From the sequence record NC_019405.1: a stretch of 64,000 nt of DNA. The stretch is one strand, 5' to 3'. Made by a program: the position numbers and the translations under genes. Below the pieces are notes generated by a model, which ran no database searches, was not told the origin of the DNA, and saw only the letters and a list, made by a program, of their open reading frames with translations. Shown one piece after another: positions 28,845 through 38,549 of the stretch; position 1 is the first letter of the stretch; each line of letters begins with the position of its first letter.

Positions 28845-29924
28845 TTAGAAGCGACCCCGGCCGCGCGAGGCGCGTTCGGTGCGCTCCTCGCCTTCGTCCT
28901 CGTCGTCGCGACCCCGGCCGCGCGTCGGACGCTCGTCACGCTCGTCCTCCTCGTCGCGGCTGCGACGGGCGGGGCGCTCGTCACGCTCCTCGCGGTCGTC
29001 GTCGCGGCTGCGGCGAGCCGGGCGCTCGTCTTCCTCGTCGCGCGAGCGACGGGCCGGACGTTCGTCCTCATCGTCACGGCTGCGGCGGGCGGGACGCTCT
29101 TCCGGTTCGTCGTCGCGCGCGGCGCGGCGGCTCGAACGCTCTTCGCGCTCCTCCGGCTCGTCATCGCGGCTGCGGCGGCTCGAACGCTCTTCGCGGTCGT
29201 CGTCACGCGAACGACGGGCCGGACGCTCGTCCTCGTCGTCGCGGCTGCGGCGCGAGCGCTTGTCCTCGACGGCCTTGGGCTTGTCGTCGTAGTCGTCCGG
29301 CGTGCCTTCCAGCAGCGCGGCCAGTTCCGTCTCCGGCATCCAGCGCACGATCTTGAACTTCGGCGCGTACTTGGTGACCTTCCGGCCGCCCTTGGTCTTG
29401 CCCTCGAAGGGGTTGGAGTCCAGGGCGATGATCGGCACCTCGCCGGGATGGTTGCGGAAGCTGTTGCCGAAGTCCTTCAGGAACGCGGCCAGCGCCCGGC
29501 GCTTGGAGACGTTGTTGGCCTGGAAGACCATCTCGACGTAGGGCTCGTCGATCAGACGGAAATCGATCGTGTACTGCTCGACCGGGCCGTCTTCCTCGCC
29601 GTAGGGACCGTGGTCCGGCAGGCTGTTCTTCGACGGCTGCGGGCCGTCTTGCAGGGCGACCATTTCTTCGTAGACGACCTTGCCGTCCACCCAGATCACC
29701 CAGCCGCGCTTGTAGGAGCGCAGGTTGGCGGCCATTTCGGTGCCGTTCTTCAGCGGCTCGTCCTCGGCGCCGTAGGAGTACGTGCCGTCGTTGCCGTCGA
29801 ACTTCATGAAGGCCTTGCCGTCGCCGCCGCCCTTGAGGTTGTTGGCCTCGTTGGCGATCGCGGCGTAGAAATCGTCCTGGCTGGCCAGATAGCCGCCGGC
29901 CGAACGCGTGGTGAGTTCACCCAT
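28845..29924 (-). CDS. Putative single-stranded DNA-binding protein with a long R/D/E repeat tail
   Basis: N-terminal ~200-aa domain (FMKFDGNDG...GWVIW...Y.P.FKIVRW) of the kind found next to phage PolA genes; C-terminal ERPARRSRDDED repeats. Function inferred from context. Confidence 0.6.
   Translation of the reverse strand: MGELTTRSAGGYLASQDDFYAAIANEANNLKGGGDGKAFMKFDGNDGTYSYGAEDEPLKNGTEMAANLRSYKRGWVIWVDGKVVYEEMVALQDGPQPSKNSLPDHGPYGEEDGPVEQYTIDFRLIDEPYVEMVFQANNVSKRRALAAFLKDFGNSFRNHPGEVPIIALDSNPFEGKTKGGRKVTKYAPKFKIVRWMPETELAALLEGTPDDYDDKPKAVEDKRSRRSRDDEDERPARRSRDDDREERSSRRSRDDEPEEREERSSRRAARDDEPEERPARRSRDDEDERPARRSRDEEDERPARRSRDDDREERDERPARRSRDEEDERDERPTRGRGRDDEDEGEERTERASRGRGRF
28860..29260 (-). 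repeat. Tandem coding repeats (E-R-P/S-A/S-R-R-S-R-D-D/E-E)
   Basis: About ten imperfect ~33-39 nt units within the SSB-like CDS. Confidence 0.85.
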
Positions 29925-29951
29925 TTGCTGATACCTATTTTCTGTGGGGTT

Positions 29952-30013
29952 CCTCGGAGGCGCGAGTGCCTCCGAGGCTGTTACTAGGACTAGGCTTAGA
30001 CTAGGCTAGGACT
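29952..30013. repeat. Perfect hairpin plus tandem CTAG(G) repeats in the leader of the SSB-like gene
   Basis: CCTCGGAGGC-GCGAGT-GCCTCCGAGG followed by ACTAGG ACTAGG CTTAG ACTAGG CTAGG ACTGG. Confidence 0.75.
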
Positions 30014-30036
30014 GGTGGAAGACTTCGTAAGTTGAG

Positions 30037-31173
30037 CTACTCCTCGTCCGCCTTCTGAGCACCCTTTTCAGAGATGTTCAGGCGACCGTGGCCTTCGCCT
30101 TCCCTCATGTAGTCTTCGATGTTGAGACCATTTTCCGCCAGCGCTTCGCGAACGGCGCTGGTGTCGAGGGTCTTGCGACCCTTGATCCACGAGATGGAGG
30201 CCTTGATCTTTCCGTCTGCCGACTTCGCGACCCGGACTCCGGTGTTGTGGAACCACTGCTTCAGAGCCTCCGAAGCAGCCTTGTGTCCCACTTCGGCCGC
30301 CTTTTTCGCAGCCGAGGCGCACCGCTCCTCGGTCACAAGGCGTTCGAACTCTTCCAGGATCGGCGCGGGCGTCGTCTTCGAGTTGGCCTCGCCGCTCGTG
30401 GGGGTGGATTTCTTGGTCGTCTGGGCGCAGGCGACCTTGAAGGGGCAGTAGGTGCAGGAGCTATCGATCTTGCCCTCGGCCATGACCTCCGACGGGTCCG
30501 TGATGGCGAAGACGTCGTGCGCGCGCTGCATGGCGACGTCGAACACCTTCTGGTCGAAGGGGACGACGAACACCTCGATGTCGTCGAAGAACGAGGCGTC
30601 GATGTAGATGATGACCGCGTAGTTGGGCCGCCAGGACGAAAGCTGACGCGTCAATCCCATCTGGACGATCGTCTGGCCCCTATGGATGCTCTTCTCCTCC
30701 TTCAGGTTCACCCGAGGATCGATCGACTTGATCTCCAGGTTGAAGCAGTTGGAGGGGTGCTCGACGTCCTTGCGCGAGCCGCCCAAGGAGGCGATGCCGT
30801 ACTCGGCCAGGGCGTCGTCGTCGGCATAGATCACCAGACCGTCGGGCGTGGCCGACAGGGGCGCTTCGGGCGAGATGAGGGTCCGCTGGTTCGCGCCGCC
30901 CCAGATCAACTGGGCGTCGCGGGTCAGGTTCTCGGTGATCCACTTCACGCCGGGCTCGACGAAGTAGTTTTCGATCAGGTCGCCGCGTTGCAGCGCGCCC
31001 CAGGACTGCTCGTAGTCCGGGTCCTTCGGGGCGCCGTGCTTGGCGAACCACACCTTGCGCAGGCACCCGAACGCCTCCGAGGCGCCGACCGACTTGCTGC
31101 GGTCGTGCTTCCACACCTTCTGGTGGGCCTCGACGTATTCGTTAAACCCGGATTTGAAGTTGATCGCAGCCAT
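30037..31173 (-). CDS. Cas4-like PD-(D/E)XK exonuclease with an Fe-S cluster
   Basis: GASEAFGCLRKVWF, RGDLIE, ATPDG, LEIKS, Q..VQM and CTYCPFKVAC (four-Cys arrangement). Confidence 0.85.
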   Translation of the reverse strand: MAAINFKSGFNEYVEAHQKVWKHDRSKSVGASEAFGCLRKVWFAKHGAPKDPDYEQSWGALQRGDLIENYFVEPGVKWITENLTRDAQLIWGGANQRTLISPEAPLSATPDGLVIYADDDALAEYGIASLGGSRKDVEHPSNCFNLEIKSIDPRVNLKEEKSIHRGQTIVQMGLTRQLSSWRPNYAVIIYIDASFFDDIEVFVVPFDQKVFDVAMQRAHDVFAITDPSEVMAEGKIDSSCTYCPFKVACAQTTKKSTPTSGEANSKTTPAPILEEFERLVTEERCASAAKKAAEVGHKAASEALKQWFHNTGVRVAKSADGKIKASISWIKGRKTLDTSAVREALAENGLNIEDYMREGEGHGRLNISEKGAQKADEE

Positions 31174-31324
31174 CGCGCACCGTCACATTTCTCTGGTATC
31201 GTGACTTGGGTTCATCCAGGGTCACGAGCCTGGGGCGCGGCGCGCTAGGGGCGATCGAGCTTGCTACGCAGCCAGATCAGGAAGGCGGCCCCGATGCAGC
31301 CGGCGGCGATCCAAAAGAGGTCGG

Positions 31325-31954
31325 TCACGCGGCCTTCTCCCGCATTTTGGCCGCGACCATGTCTTCCATGGCGTAGTAGCAGCGCTGGGTGGCGAGGACA
31401 TCGGCGATGGCGGTGTGGGCGTCCTCGAAACCCTCGCCGATGAGATGCTTGTGGAGGTCGATCAGCTTGGGCTTGCGATAGCCGCCCTGGCGGGCCGGCA
31501 GCTTCATCAGCGGCATGCCGGCCAGGATGGTGTCGAACATCGCCTTGCCAGCGAACGGATCGGCGTCCGGGCGCCCCAGGACGCGCCGCACGACGTTGGT
31601 CATGATCTTGTTATCGAACGAGACATGGTTGTGGCCAACGACCACGTCGGCGACCGCGACGAGGTCGCAGAAGGCCTCGATGACCAGCACCTCGGTGATC
31701 CCGATCTGCTCGGAAAGCTCGGGGCTGATCCCGTGGATGGCGGCGGCCCCACCCTTGCCGTCCTTGCCGACGGTCCAGTCTTGCAGCACGTTCGCCGGGA
31801 CATCGCCCAGGCGCAGGATCATGTCCAGGCGCTGCATTTCCTTGCGTTCCGGATTGGCCAGGATCGCGCCCAGTTGGACGACGCGAGGCTGTTCGTCCAG
31901 GGAGCGTTTGCTGTCCGGAAAGCCGGTGGTTTCGGTGTCGTAGAAAAGGATCAT
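31325..31954 (-). CDS. DEDDh 3'-5' exonuclease (DNA pol III epsilon-like)
   Basis: FYDTETTG, VGHNHVSFD and AHTAIADV motifs. Confidence 0.9.
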   Translation of the reverse strand: MILFYDTETTGFPDSKRSLDEQPRVVQLGAILANPERKEMQRLDMILRLGDVPANVLQDWTVGKDGKGGAAAIHGISPELSEQIGITEVLVIEAFCDLVAVADVVVGHNHVSFDNKIMTNVVRRVLGRPDADPFAGKAMFDTILAGMPLMKLPARQGGYRKPKLIDLHKHLIGEGFEDAHTAIADVLATQRCYYAMEDMVAAKMREKAA

Positions 31955-32002
31955 CGGGCGATCTCGTTCGGGAGTGTCTTGTTAACCAAGTTCCGTATGG
32001 GT

Positions 32003-32017
32003 GTCAAGATTCACGAC
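32003..32017 (-). promoter_or_regulatory. Repeated motif/promoter upstream of the DEDDh exonuclease
   Basis: Exact GTCGTGAATCTTGAC on the - strand; TTGACA, then 16 bp, then TTAACA. Confidence 0.68.
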
Positions 32018-32025
32018 ATAGAAAG

Positions 32026-32700
32026 TCACGAAGCACGACTCACGCCCTGGGCTTTGATGATCTCGTAGATGCGCTGGGCCGACAGGCTGTAGGCCTCGGC
32101 CAGTTGCGCCACCGGCTCGCCCTTGGCGTAGCAGTCGGCGATCTCGGCGTAGAACCGCTTCTTGGCCTCCTCCCGGCGCAGCTTGGCGTCGGGGGCGTGG
32201 CGGTCGATGAAGCGGTAGATCGCGATCCGGCTGACCCCGTAGTCCTTGGCGATCAAGGGCACGGGCGCGAAGGCGGCGTAGCTTTCGATGATGTCGGCGG
32301 CGTGGTCGGCGAGGGCCATGGTGTTCTCCAGGAGGGCGAGAGCGCGGTCGATCACCACCGCCGCGCGCTTCGAGGGCTGTTTGGTCAGGAAGCCGCAGCG
32401 GCGGCCGGCGGCGTAGGGCGGCTCCAGCCCTTCGCAGAGGTACTGGTCGGCGGTCGGGTCCGCGCGGTAGCCGCCGGCGGCCTCAAGCCACCAGTGGGTC
32501 CCGCCATCGGGGTCGCGTCCGACCATCGGCCGCCAGCCGCCGTCCCAACCGTCCAGCAGATGCCAGAGCGCCTCGGAGGCGACATAGCAGTGCCCGGCGG
32601 TCGGGTTGGAAGCCGTGTACGCGGAACGATAGGGCTCGTGCAGAAGCTCGGGTGTGAGGCTCTTCTGGACCGCGATAAGGGTTTCGAGCGGCGCCTGCAT
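32026..32700 (-). CDS. Hypothetical protein with a C-terminal tandem HTH-like region
   Basis: Start overlaps the polymerase stop; C-terminal IAKDYGVSRIAIYRFI and LAEAYSLSAQRIYEII look like HTHs; internal RBS+ATG (MALADH) may be a second start. Confidence 0.65.
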   Translation of the reverse strand: MQAPLETLIAVQKSLTPELLHEPYRSAYTASNPTAGHCYVASEALWHLLDGWDGGWRPMVGRDPDGGTHWWLEAAGGYRADPTADQYLCEGLEPPYAAGRRCGFLTKQPSKRAAVVIDRALALLENTMALADHAADIIESYAAFAPVPLIAKDYGVSRIAIYRFIDRHAPDAKLRREEAKKRFYAEIADCYAKGEPVAQLAEAYSLSAQRIYEIIKAQGVSRAS

Positions 32701-34946
32701 CAGTGCGTCTCCGCCCAGGTGCGGCCCCACTTGACGTCGACATCGACCGGCAGGCGGAAATCGAACCGTTCACCGGCTTCCTTCGCCGCGTCGACGATGT
32801 TGCGACGGCAGATTTCCTTGATCGCCGGATCATCGCGCACCGCCACCTGCATTTCGTCGTGGACCCAGGCCAGGACGGCGTAGTCACCGTGCCAGCCGTG
32901 GACGAGCCCGTCGTCTTCGTTGAAGGTCTCGAAGTTGACGCACCAGCCCTTGGCGATCGTGGCACCGGCGCCCTGGAGCTTGGTGTTGAGGGCCGAGTGC
33001 TTGGCCCGGACGAAGAGATGGCGACCGTCGAGGGCGTCGACATAGCCGCGCTTGGCTTCGCGCTGGACGGACTTGACCACCTGTTGCAGCGCCGGGATGC
33101 GCGTCATGATCCGCCGCCGCATTTCCGCGCCCAGGGCCTTGGCCTTGGCGACGTTCATGGTCAGGGACGGGTCGACGGTGCAGCCCAGCTTGTAGTCCTG
33201 GGCGCCGTAGATCATGGCGTAGATGAAGGTCTTGGCGGTGTCGCGCGACTCCATCTCCATGGCCGCTTGGTGGACGCCGTGGACGTCGCCGTCGAGCACG
33301 ATCTTGCCGTACTGCCCGTTGTCGAACTCCGCCATGAAGTGGGCCAGACAGCGCAGTTCGATACCGGCTTGGTCGGCGCCCATCAGGGTCCAGCCCTCGG
33401 GGACGTAGAAGAGGTCGCGGCAGTCCCAGCCGTGATCGCCCTCGCGGCCCTTCATCAGGACCTTCTTGGTGACCACCTCGCCCTTTTCGTTCAGGGTGAA
33501 CTCGCCCTCAGGCGTCAGCACCGGGCGGCCCCGGATTTGCTTACCGTCCGGGCCGAGCAGCGGAATCGTCTTGGCCTCGTCCTTCCACTGCGGCGGCGAC
33601 TTGAAGACGACGCGCGGGACCTGAGCGATGTTGGGGTTGGAGTGCGAGGCCCGGTTGGTCACCGTGCCCCCGACATTGACGCGGCCGTGAATCTTGCCGT
33701 CGCCGTTCCACTCCTCGCACTTGACCAGCCAGCCGTTCTTGCCGTCGACCAACTGCCCCAGGCGCTTCTTGTAATAGAAGATTTCCGCCAGGGTCTCGCA
33801 GATCGGGATCACCAGCTTCTTGGTGTTTTCGTCCTCGGCCTTGGCCAGATCGCGCAGCACCTCGTCGTCCAGCACCGGCGAGCCGGTTTCGGTGAACTCC
33901 TGGGGTTGCCAGCCATAGACCTTGGTCAGGCGGTCGATGATCTGCGGACGCGAGTTCGGGTTGAACGGCGTCAGCTTGACCGGGCAGAAAGCCGCGCCGG
34001 CGGTGCGGTCGCCCTTCATCGGGTCCTTGTACTTGACATCGCGCGTTGGGACCGTCACCTCGGCCCAGTGCTCGCGGCTGTCGTCCTCGCCGAACTCGGG
34101 GCGCGGCTTGTAGGCGACCTGCTCCTTCTCGGGCTTGCCGGTCTCGGGCGAGGTGTAGGTGGTCGACTTGTGGCGCTTGAGCCACTTGCCCGGCACCCAC
34201 CAGGAGCCGAAGTGCGCGATCGCCTCGTCCGACATCCTAGTGTGGGCGGTGCGCAGTTCCTCTTCCAGGCGCCGCGCCCGCTCGCGGTGGAACGGGAAGC
34301 CGTTGCGCTGCATCCGCTCCATCATGTCGTGGATCATGTGTTCGAGCGTGATCGCGGTCTTCGACCACGGCCGGCTCTCGATCTTGCGCCACAGGGCCTC
34401 GGTGACCTCGACGTCCTGGATCGCGTAGTCTTCCATGTCCTGATTCCAGGACCCCCAGACGTAGCGGCTGATCTCGGCCTTGTCGGTGATGCCCTTGGCC
34501 TTGGCCTCTTCCTCGGCCACGTCGGCGTAATCGCCCTTGGGGAAGCCCAGGCGCTGGCCCCAGGCGCCCAGTTCATGCGACCCGATATAGCCGCCCCACA
34601 GGTCGCCGCGCTTCCACATCCGGAAGTCGTCGTCCTTGAGGTCGGCGAACAGCATGCGCGTCATCACCAGGGTGTCGCGGATGATCCCCTGGGGATTGAA
34701 CTTGTCGCCGTAGACCTTCCACAGGGCCTCGCAGTCGAAGCCGATGATGTTGTGACCGATCAGCATGTCGGCGTCGTTCAACATCGCGACGCCTTCGAGG
34801 ATGTTGTCCTCGCGCTTGTTGCGGTGGAAGACCCAGCGCTGACGGGTGTCGGCGTCCTTGATCACCAGGATGTGGATGCGCGTCAGTTGCAGCAGCAGCC
34901 CATCGGTTTCCAAGTCGAACAGGAGCCGGCGCTTACGGAGCTTCAT
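32700..34946 (-). CDS. polA: Family A (T7-like) DNA polymerase with a 3'-5' exonuclease domain
   Basis: FDLETDG, GHNIIGFD, YAIQDV exonuclease motifs; GADQAGIELR (motif A), RDTAKTFIYAMIYG (motif B), WVHDE (motif C). Confidence 0.96.
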   Translation of the reverse strand: MKLRKRRLLFDLETDGLLLQLTRIHILVIKDADTRQRWVFHRNKREDNILEGVAMLNDADMLIGHNIIGFDCEALWKVYGDKFNPQGIIRDTLVMTRMLFADLKDDDFRMWKRGDLWGGYIGSHELGAWGQRLGFPKGDYADVAEEEAKAKGITDKAEISRYVWGSWNQDMEDYAIQDVEVTEALWRKIESRPWSKTAITLEHMIHDMMERMQRNGFPFHRERARRLEEELRTAHTRMSDEAIAHFGSWWVPGKWLKRHKSTTYTSPETGKPEKEQVAYKPRPEFGEDDSREHWAEVTVPTRDVKYKDPMKGDRTAGAAFCPVKLTPFNPNSRPQIIDRLTKVYGWQPQEFTETGSPVLDDEVLRDLAKAEDENTKKLVIPICETLAEIFYYKKRLGQLVDGKNGWLVKCEEWNGDGKIHGRVNVGGTVTNRASHSNPNIAQVPRVVFKSPPQWKDEAKTIPLLGPDGKQIRGRPVLTPEGEFTLNEKGEVVTKKVLMKGREGDHGWDCRDLFYVPEGWTLMGADQAGIELRCLAHFMAEFDNGQYGKIVLDGDVHGVHQAAMEMESRDTAKTFIYAMIYGAQDYKLGCTVDPSLTMNVAKAKALGAEMRRRIMTRIPALQQVVKSVQREAKRGYVDALDGRHLFVRAKHSALNTKLQGAGATIAKGWCVNFETFNEDDGLVHGWHGDYAVLAWVHDEMQVAVRDDPAIKEICRRNIVDAAKEAGERFDFRLPVDVDVKWGRTWAETH

Positions 34947-35991
34947 GGAGCACCTTGAGGATTTGATCGCCGATCCAGTCCACCATCGGGACGATCAGGC
35001 TGTTGCCGACGATGGTCCGGCGCTCGGTGTCCGAGAGTCCTTCGATCGCGGTGTGGCCGACGGGCATGCCCATCAGGCGCTCGTACTCGGACACGGTGTG
35101 ATTGCGGATGCGCCAGTCCTCGCCTTCCTTGACGAGCAGCATGGCGACGCTGGAGCCGCCGCCGGCCGTGCGCAGGCAGTTGGCGATTACGCCGCGCTCT
35201 TCGATTTGCTGGTCGGGGCGTCCGCGAACAGCGAGGGATCGAGCCCGTGGGACAGGGCGGCCGTCAATTCCGGCGACAAGGTCCGACCGGCTCGGATCGC
35301 GTTGTTCAGGAGGGTCAAACGCCGGGACGGGCTCATGTACAATCCGGCGGGGATCGATTCCGGAGCGTCGAGTACACGCGACAAGCACAAGCCGGGGGCG
35401 GGACTGGGGGATTCCGAACTGGGGACCGTCGAAGACCGTCCAGGCGATCGCGCGGCGCGGTCCCAGCACATAACCACAGTCCGGCCACCGATTCCCTGCC
35501 GCGTCGTCATCACCTTCGAGCTTTCCGTAGGGATAGAGGGGTTCTCGCTCGCCGGCGAGGCGTCCGAGGAATTGTCCAAAGGCGTTGTCCTTGTTGGAGA
35601 GGAGCTTGACCACGTTCTCGAAGCAGAAGATCGGAGGATCGACCTCGTCGATCACCCGCAGGCCCGAAAGGGTCAGTTGTCCGCGCGGGTCGGCCAGACC
35701 CAGGCCCTTGCCCGCCTCGCTCCACGGCTGGCAGGGGAACGACGCCCACAGGACGTCGACCTTGCCCTCGTGGGGCGTGCCGTCGATCTGTTCGAGGTTC
35801 CCGAGGTTCGGGACGGCCTTCCAATGCGTCTCCAGGAGACGGATCGGGGCCGAGGCGATCTCGCTGAAGAAGCGGGCCTTGCCGCCCTTCTTCTCCCACG
35901 CCACCGAGGGGACGTCGGCGCCGGAGCAAAGGGTCGCAAAGACCCACGGCGTGACGCCGGAGGCGTCCGCAGGGGAGGGGTTCGGGGACAT
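34933..35991 (-). CDS. C5-cytosine DNA methyltransferase
   Basis: SFPCQPWS catalytic motif IV, FENV motif VI, QSRPRL motif VIII, ERLMG and GNS motifs; motif I is atypical (LCSGAD). Confidence 0.88.
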   Translation of the reverse strand: MSPNPSPADASGVTPWVFATLCSGADVPSVAWEKKGGKARFFSEIASAPIRLLETHWKAVPNLGNLEQIDGTPHEGKVDVLWASFPCQPWSEAGKGLGLADPRGQLTLSGLRVIDEVDPPIFCFENVVKLLSNKDNAFGQFLGRLAGEREPLYPYGKLEGDDDAAGNRWPDCGYVLGPRRAIAWTVFDGPQFGIPQSRPRLVLVACTRRSGIDPRRIVHEPVPAFDPPEQRDPSRSDLVAGIDGRPVPRARSLAVRGRPDQQIEERGVIANCLRTAGGGSSVAMLLVKEGEDWRIRNHTVSEYERLMGMPVGHTAIEGLSDTERRTIVGNSLIVPMVDWIGDQILKVLHEAP

Positions 35992-36046
35992 GGCTCTATG
36001 GTTAACGGATGTCGTGAATCACGTCAAGAAATGTCGTCAACGACGA

Positions 36047-36835
36047 CTACTCTTGAGGGGCGGCGGGCCGTTGCAGGCGCGCGTGCATGGCCTCGATCTC
36101 GTCGTCCGACAGGGGCCGGCGGCCCGTGGTCTTGACCTCGCCACGCCAGATGACGTCGGCGAGCTTGAGGAACGCCTTGGCGAGCTTCTGCTTGTCGGTG
36201 TGCCCGATCGCGCGCTGAAGGCCCTCGGGCCAGCGCGGCGGCAGGGCGTAGAAATACATCAGCCCCGGCCGGGTCCAGACGTCGACGGCGAAGTCGCCCG
36301 CCTGCCGCTTTCCCACCGCGAACGACTGGTCGCCCAGCATCGCGACGTTGTTCTCGTCGTAGTAGCCGATCCCCAGCCTGATCTTGTCGATCTCGCTGTC
36401 ATAGGCCAGCCACAGGCAGCGCCCGTCGCCCAGCGGGACGTTCTCGATCTCCCAGTCCTGGGGATGACCCCAGACCGCGTCATGGGCCTCGCGGATGGCG
36501 TCGGCCAGCATGCCGGTGATCGTCTTTGGCGAGACCGAATCCCCAACCACCAGGAACGAGCCCGGCTCGATCTCCAGGGTCTTGTCGACCCCGAAGTGCT
36601 CGGCCAGCCGCCCGGCCTTGAACGAGAAGCCCTCGCGCTCGATGCGGTCGGCGATCTCGTAGGCGAACCCCGGCTTGAGGTTGAGGGTCATGACGTGCGA
36701 GACGTTCAGGCCCGAGGCGGATTCATGGCCCAGGCCGATTTGGATCGAGTGGGTCTCGGAGGTCACCAGGGCGTAGAGGAAGCCCCCGGAGGGCCGGGTC
36801 GGATAGGCGACCCGGCGAGAGAAGAGGAGGGTCAT
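36047..36835 (-). CDS. Hypothetical protein (262 aa)
   Basis: Co-oriented ORF with phage codon usage; no family recognised. Confidence 0.65.
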   Translation of the reverse strand: MTLLFSRRVAYPTRPSGGFLYALVTSETHSIQIGLGHESASGLNVSHVMTLNLKPGFAYEIADRIEREGFSFKAGRLAEHFGVDKTLEIEPGSFLVVGDSVSPKTITGMLADAIREAHDAVWGHPQDWEIENVPLGDGRCLWLAYDSEIDKIRLGIGYYDENNVAMLGDQSFAVGKRQAGDFAVDVWTRPGLMYFYALPPRWPEGLQRAIGHTDKQKLAKAFLKLADVIWRGEVKTTGRRPLSDDEIEAMHARLQRPAAPQE

Positions 36836-36845
36836 GGGACCTCGC

Positions 36846-38549
36846 TTACAGGCGCCAGTGGCGGCCGTTGAAGGTGATCAGCGCCCGCTTGCCATTCGGG
36901 TACTGCACGCAGTGGGTATGCGCCCAGGACGAGGGGCCGGTGTTGTAGCCCATGTCCAGCTTCGAGGTCGTGCCGGTGTTGTAGGCGCTCTCGAAAATGC
37001 CGGGCGAGTGGGTGTGACCGAACGTCACCTTCGGGCCGATCTTGGCGAACTGCTGGATGTTGCCGCGCGAGCCGTTGGCGCCGTTGTGGCCGTGGTTGGA
37101 GTGCTCGACCCCACCGACGACGCAGGTCTCGTCCTCGCGCAGGAACTTCACGCCGTTGCAGTTCCAGACGTCGAAGGCGTTGGTCATCACCTCCTCGAAG
37201 ATCGAGAAGTTCTTCTCGCCGGTCCGGATCGAGGCGTAGACCGCCCGCTGGCAGGAGAGGAAGAACTCGGCGTTGACCGGGTCGGCGCGGTAGTCGGCCG
37301 TCTTCAGCCACTTGTTGAGCGCCAGATCGTGGTTGCTCTCGACCACCGTGACCTTCGAGTCCGGCGCCTGCCGGCCCAGGATGGTCAGGAACATCGCCAC
37401 CTCGCGCAGTTCCTGCTCGACGCTTTCAGAGCCCTTGACATAGAGCCGGAAGCGGTCGTGCGGATCGGCGATGTTGTGGTGGTTGCGCGCCCGGAAGTCG
37501 GACACGTCATGGACGAAGATGTGCTCGGGCCGCAGGACGTCGATCATCGACGGCGTCGCCACGCTGCCCCACACTCGGCTCCCGTCGGCCGAGCGTTGCT
37601 CGGTCGGGAAGAAGCCGAAGGTGGCGGCCGAGACCTCCGGGTCGATCTGGGCGACGTGGATGTCCCCCGGCGTCAGGCAGGACACGCGATGGCCCTCGGT
37701 CACCACGCCGTCCTTGACGAACACGTCCAGATCATAGAACGACCCGTCGGTGTCGCCCAGCAGGTGGCGGCAGAAGAACTTGCCGTCCTCGTCGACCTCG
37801 ACCAGCACCGCGCCCAGTTGGTGGTGGAAGCTGGCCTTGATCCCGGCCTTCTTCGGCACGTAGTTGGGCTTGGTGACCGCGCCCGTCGTCATGATCTGCT
37901 TGGACGGGGTGTGCTTCATCGTCGGGACGCTGACGAGTTGCACCTTGGCGTGCGGGAAGATGCCCCAGCGCTCACGGGTGTAGGAGTGGAAGCCCGACAG
38001 CGGGTTCTCGGCCGTGGGGAGGGTGTTCATCTCGCCGCAGAAGTCGATCCGGTCGGCGATCCGGACGCGCTCGGCGACGAGATATTCCATCACCCGCTTG
38101 TGGAAGAACGCCGCGTGCTTGGCGTGATCCTCGAACAGGCGCTTGGAGTAGGTGAAGCCGGCGATCATGATCTCGCACGGCGCGTCCTGGCGCAGGTGCT
38201 CGGCATAGGCTTCCAGGTTGTCGACGAACCCCTCGTGGATGTGCGTCGAGTCCTGGGCCGAGGACAGGATGAACCGCCGGCGCCCGGTGGTCTCGTCCAC
38301 CGTCACAGTCCGCGCGGCCGGGGCCGGGCGGTGCGACAGCGGGTCCTTGCGCATCGAGTAGAGCCGGTTTTGCAGGGTCGTGCGCTTGACGCTGTACTTG
38401 CGCGAGAACGCCCGTTGACCGCCGGCCTTCTTGACCATCGCGTTCAGTTCTTCCGGGGTCACCGAGTAGATGTCGAAGGGACCCTCGGCCGGCAAGGCGT
38501 CCTTGGGCTTCTTGCCCGCCTTGGAAGCGTGTTCGAACTCAGCCGGCAT
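36846..38549 (-). CDS. Calcineurin-like metallophosphoesterase with an N-terminal HTH-like segment
   Basis: PGDIH, VHDVSDF, ESNHD, NHGH and GHTHS metal-binding motifs. Confidence 0.75.
   Translation of the reverse strand: MPAEFEHASKAGKKPKDALPAEGPFDIYSVTPEELNAMVKKAGGQRAFSRKYSVKRTTLQNRLYSMRKDPLSHRPAPAARTVTVDETTGRRRFILSSAQDSTHIHEGFVDNLEAYAEHLRQDAPCEIMIAGFTYSKRLFEDHAKHAAFFHKRVMEYLVAERVRIADRIDFCGEMNTLPTAENPLSGFHSYTRERWGIFPHAKVQLVSVPTMKHTPSKQIMTTGAVTKPNYVPKKAGIKASFHHQLGAVLVEVDEDGKFFCRHLLGDTDGSFYDLDVFVKDGVVTEGHRVSCLTPGDIHVAQIDPEVSAATFGFFPTEQRSADGSRVWGSVATPSMIDVLRPEHIFVHDVSDFRARNHHNIADPHDRFRLYVKGSESVEQELREVAMFLTILGRQAPDSKVTVVESNHDLALNKWLKTADYRADPVNAEFFLSCQRAVYASIRTGEKNFSIFEEVMTNAFDVWNCNGVKFLREDETCVVGGVEHSNHGHNGANGSRGNIQQFAKIGPKVTFGHTHSPGIFESAYNTGTTSKLDMGYNTGPSSWAHTHCVQYPNGKRALITFNGRHWRL

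Noticed and set aside
28860-29260. Regular short repeats that might be a CRISPR array
   Set aside because: The units are imperfect, in frame and protein-coding, with no unique spacers; the nearby Cas4-like gene is a common solo phage nuclease.
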